Of a DNA stretch of 64,000 bases, positions 60,955-64,000 are shown in pieces. This DNA comes from Candidatus Latescibacterota bacterium (GTDB taxonomy: Bacteria > Latescibacterota > UBA2968 > GCA-2709665): NCBI GenBank assembly GCA_965237675.1, contig OZ250150.1:544001-608000 (forward strand), written 5' to 3'. The first letter of the stretch is position 1. Each line of letters starts with the position of its first letter. The position numbers and the translations under genes were made by a program. The notes below the pieces were generated by a model. That model made no database searches. It saw nothing but the letters and a program-made list of their open reading frames with translations, and had not been told where the DNA came from.

Positions 60955-60959
60955 AATGA

Positions 60960-61017
60960 GCAGCGAGACGGAATGAAACGGCGGATGAATGGTGACATAT
61001 TTCTGGGAAGGGACACG
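60960..61017. mobile_element. MITE family A, right-end fragment
   Basis: GAATGGTGACATATTTCTGGGAAGGGACAC matches the ends of the 6229 and 55508 copies. Confidence 0.7.
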
Positions 61018-61018
61018 A

Positions 61019-61139
61019 GGAGCCTGTCGGAGAACCCTAATTTTGGTCGACCTTCATACAATACTTAGAACTATTATTCCTTTATGACACTATATATTGT
61101 ATGCAAGACGATGCTGGCACAGGGTTTCCGACAGGCTCC
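61019..61139. mobile_element. MITE family E with AT-rich interior
   Basis: TIRs GGAGCCTGTCGGAGAACCCT / AGGGTTTCCGACAGGCTCC. Confidence 0.75.
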
Positions 61140-61145
61140 CAGGTT

Positions 61146-61934
61146 TCAGGACATCCAAACATAAACCCGTTTGTAGTAGGCGATCTCAAATCCATTTCGT
61201 TTAAGGTTCCCCAATGATGTCTTGAGCATCGAAAGTGTCTCGCTACAGGCCACACGACAACCCAGTTCGCCGGCACGGTTCAGGCGCGCTCTAATGAGTG
61301 CATTCTGACCGCCTTTTCTTCTGTACGCCTCGGCGGTTCCTGCCCATCCGAGATAGGCGAAGTCGCCGTGATGGGCGAGTATCGCGGCGCTGACAGGCGT
61401 ACCCCCGTCATACGCCAGGAAATGGTCGAATCCGGGGTGATCGACGCTTTCAAGGAAAAACGTGCAGGGCCATGGATCGAATATGCGGAGAATCGCATCC
61501 CCCTGATTCTCAACCTCATGCCCCGATACGCGGCGCACGTCAAGATGGGTCTGGAAAGGCGCCACTTTTTCGACGGTACGAATCAGCGTTGGATACCGGG
61601 TGCCTCTAAATGGTTTGAGACGGTCGCCACCTAGCCACCCGTTGATTTCCTCTTCCTGGGGATTCGGGCTCAGCCAGAAGAAAAATCGCTCGACCCCCGA
61701 TTGCCCGAATACGTCCAATATCTTCCTGAAATCGGCGCGGGTGACCGTTGTCCCGCATCCGAAGTAATACACGCCGTTTCCATTTGACGATGGATAAGGC
61801 GATGAAGCAGAAGGTGGATCGACCGTGACGATGGCGTTTCCGACGATCTTATGGATCTTCGAACCGGGCGGCGCACAGCCGAGTTCCTTGTGCTTGATCT
61901 CCGTCAGAAGTTGCGCGATTTCATCGGGTCTCAT
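61146..61934 (-). CDS. GNAT family N-acetyltransferase
   Basis: AYLGWAGTAEAYRRKGGQNALI acetyl-CoA motif; SLGNLKRNGF. Confidence 0.85.
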   Translation of the reverse strand: MRPDEIAQLLTEIKHKELGCAPPGSKIHKIVGNAIVTVDPPSASSPYPSSNGNGVYYFGCGTTVTRADFRKILDVFGQSGVERFFFWLSPNPQEEEINGWLGGDRLKPFRGTRYPTLIRTVEKVAPFQTHLDVRRVSGHEVENQGDAILRIFDPWPCTFFLESVDHPGFDHFLAYDGGTPVSAAILAHHGDFAYLGWAGTAEAYRRKGGQNALIRARLNRAGELGCRVACSETLSMLKTSLGNLKRNGFEIAYYKRVYVWMS

Positions 61935-61948
61935 GTTGGGGTCGAGAA

Positions 61949-62268
61949 CTATCTCTCGTCGAGATGGGGTTTCAGAAACTGTCCCGTAAATGACTGCCGA
62001 ACCGCGGCAACCGCCTCCGGTGGGCCGGTCGCGACAACGCGCGCGCCGTGCACCCCGGGTCCGGGGCCCATTTCGATGATATGATCGGCGGCGCGTATGG
62101 TATCCTCGTCGTGCTCGACGACGATGACCGTGTTGCCGATGTCTCGAAGTCGCCGCATGGTGCTGATCATCTTGGCGTTGTCTTTCGTGTGCAAACCGAT
62201 GCTGGGCTCATCGAGTACGTACAACATGCCCATGAGCCCCGAGCCGATCTGCGTGGAATGCGTTGCGC
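61949..62268 (-). pseudogene. uvrA: Internally deleted uvrA remnant
   Basis: [50 protein letters not shown] joined to C-terminal [14 protein letters not shown]. Confidence 0.8.
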
Positions 62269-62493
62269 CTGGATGTTGACGTCATCTTCGCATAGTGTAA
62301 CATGGCCCCGTTTTTCCCCGTCCTGCATAATGATCCACAGGTCGATATCCGAGTTCTCCCAGACTTCGTCGTAGGACAGACTGCCAAAGAGTATAGCCGC
62401 GAGTACCGTTCGGTCTTTTTCAAGTTTTTCGACCAGAGACAATAGTGCTTTCTGGTAGCGCCTCTGGATGACTTCCGGCGCGACAGGAGACAT
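62269..62493 (-). pseudogene. Pol-beta-type nucleotidyltransferase N-terminal fragment
   Basis: LFGSLSYDEVWENSDIDL (GS..DxD) motif; truncated by fusion to uvrA sequence. Confidence 0.7.
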
Positions 62494-63039
62494 GGTAACT
62501 CCACCATTATATAATATATGGGAAGGAGCACATGATATACGCAGGTTCGAATCAGGTGTCAAGGTCAATTCCGGGAAAACGCTGGCATCCGGGCGGCACA
62601 CTCACCAATCGCATGCTCCTGGTCAAATAACGTCACGCCCAAACCGGGCGTACTGTCACAAAACCGGGCGATCGACACACCGATCGCCCGGTTCAATTTG
62701 TCGAATCCCTGCGGACCGTTATGCTACAGGCATCTCCTGGAGTGTCGCATGCAAAACCAACCGATTTTTCGAATTACCGCCGAAAGACCCCGAAGAACTC
62801 TTCATCCGCACCGCCATTGCCCAAGTCGTATGTGAATGCCGTGAAACATGCCGATTAGTTGCTCGCGGTTTCTGATACAATACGGGCGAAATGCCACCTG
62901 CACGATACACACTCTCCCCATTTTTGGATAGAAGCGAAATTTTTAGATTAATTCCCGCGCGACCGACGATGGATCCTCTAAATTCAAAAATTCGTACGAC
63001 AATGTATTAATTCTCACGTAATTGGAAAGTTTAACGATA

Positions 63040-63425
63040 TCATGCCGTCGGCATCAATACCAATTTACTGAGAAGAGCCATTTTCCTTGCGATGCTCTGC
63101 CGTTCACTCTTGTTCGCCGGGAACGGTGTGATATTGGCATGTAGTTCATGAGGCTGCGTATCTGGAATGACGTTGAGGTTGTTTTCATAAACTTGCTCTG
63201 CCAAAAATCCGCCCTTGCTTTTATTCTTCGTTCCTCTGTTTCGACGTATTCTCTGCCAATTGCCCATACTTCGCGGTCAGCGAGGGATGAAATGCGATAC
63301 ACAGATATTTGGTCGCTGTTTGAGGGAGGAATAAACGCACCGAATTTTACGACCCTGTTCATAACTGAAAATTGGCTATTATAGAAAATATATCGGGCGA
63401 GTTTTTCACCCGGTGAAACATCCAT
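63040..63425 (-). CDS. Small putative ART/RES-like-fold toxin, split by a frameshift in a T5 run (63203-63207)
   Basis: Joined ~128 aa: LARYI...FGAF.P....ISVYR...ARADF/LAEQV...IPDTQPHELHANI...IARKMA. Confidence 0.55.
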
Positions 63426-63438
63426 ATAAAGTTCTCAA

Positions 63439-63999
63439 TTAAACGAGGAGGCTTGACAATGTTACAATAAAACCCCGCAACAAGGCAGTATCTGATAATG
63501 TACAGATTCCTTCGACTTTGCGTTTGTCGTCGAAAAAAGCACCGTAGATGACAAGATTATCTCCATATAGTCCCATCGACACTATCCCATTCTCTGGTCG
63601 CCACTCGAAGCCAAGACTGCCATCTTCTGCCCAGCCGATGTCGGGCATGGGGACATTGTAACGAGAAAGCAGATCTAGTAAAGAATCCGCGTCATCATAT
63701 GCAGAATCAGGGATAGGATCAATATCGTTATCTATCGCTGATGCGGCCTCGGCTTCACGGCGGATCTCTTCTAATTGCTGTTGTGCATCGCCAAGTGTTC
63801 CCTGCCGCGCATAGTCCAGCCCAAAGAGTTGCACAGGTACTGTGAGACCGCTTCGGAGTGTTGAGAGCTCATATCCCTTAGTTTGGAGATGTTGGTAATG
63901 TTGCGTTGGCATTGGAGCATAAGGATTAGAGGTAACAAACCATTTCTGTTTGCCCTGAAAACTTGAGAGATCTTCGGCTTGAATACTGGATGATCCACG
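63439..63999 (-). CDS. Hypothetical partner protein (possible antitoxin); frame open to window edge
   Basis: Low-complexity N-terminus, then PIPDSAYDDA..LL..L.....P.I....DGSLGFEW domain; stop lies 13 nt upstream of the toxin-like gene. Confidence 0.6.
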   Translation of the reverse strand, partial: RGSSSIQAEDLSSFQGKQKWFVTSNPYAPMPTQHYQHLQTKGYELSTLRSGLTVPVQLFGLDYARQGTLGDAQQQLEEIRREAEAASAIDNDIDPIPDSAYDDADSLLDLLSRYNVPMPDIGWAEDGSLGFEWRPENGIVSMGLYGDNLVIYGAFFDDKRKVEGICTLSDTALLRGFIVTLSSLLV

Positions 64000-64000
64000 A

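Noticed and set aside
62540-62560. tRNA T-loop-like GGTTCGAATC (also near 26753)
   Set aside because: No T-stem complement, acceptor stem or cloverleaf.

Overview
Bacterial, roughly 60% GC, probably FCB-group (Latescibacterota/Gemmatimonadota-like). That assignment is inferred from a GWxTD protein and from secreted proteins carrying paired DFDxDGxVxFxDF dockerin/EF-hand motifs. Positions 1-22 kb are core genome: ygfA, uppS-cdsA-dxr-rseP, and a dcw cluster (mraZ, rsmH, ftsL, ftsI, murE, murF, ftsW, murG, murC, murB, ftsQ, ftsA, ftsZ) that lacks mraY and murD at their usual place. Positions 22-42.8 kb are metabolic: three Gfo/Idh/MocA oxidoreductases, an opine dehydrogenase, moaB, a phosphoesterase, an HDAC-family deacetylase, pheA plus an aminotransferase, a GWxTD/TPR protein, a C-N hydrolase, and a class III aminotransferase next to E1 alpha/beta. 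Positions 42.8-64 kb are accessory and decaying: a REP-containing tandem array, a dockerin-LRR-FG-GAP protein, stacked IS/MITE insertions, inverted IS256 copies, a helicase IV-nuclease-zinc ribbon fusion, a nested MITE, sialidase, ankyrin and GNAT genes, and chimeric gene fragments. The right edge holds a low-GC two-gene module resembling an ART-fold toxin with a partner protein. At least five MITE families and four homopolymer frameshifts are visible. I recognised no rRNA, tRNA or CRISPR array.
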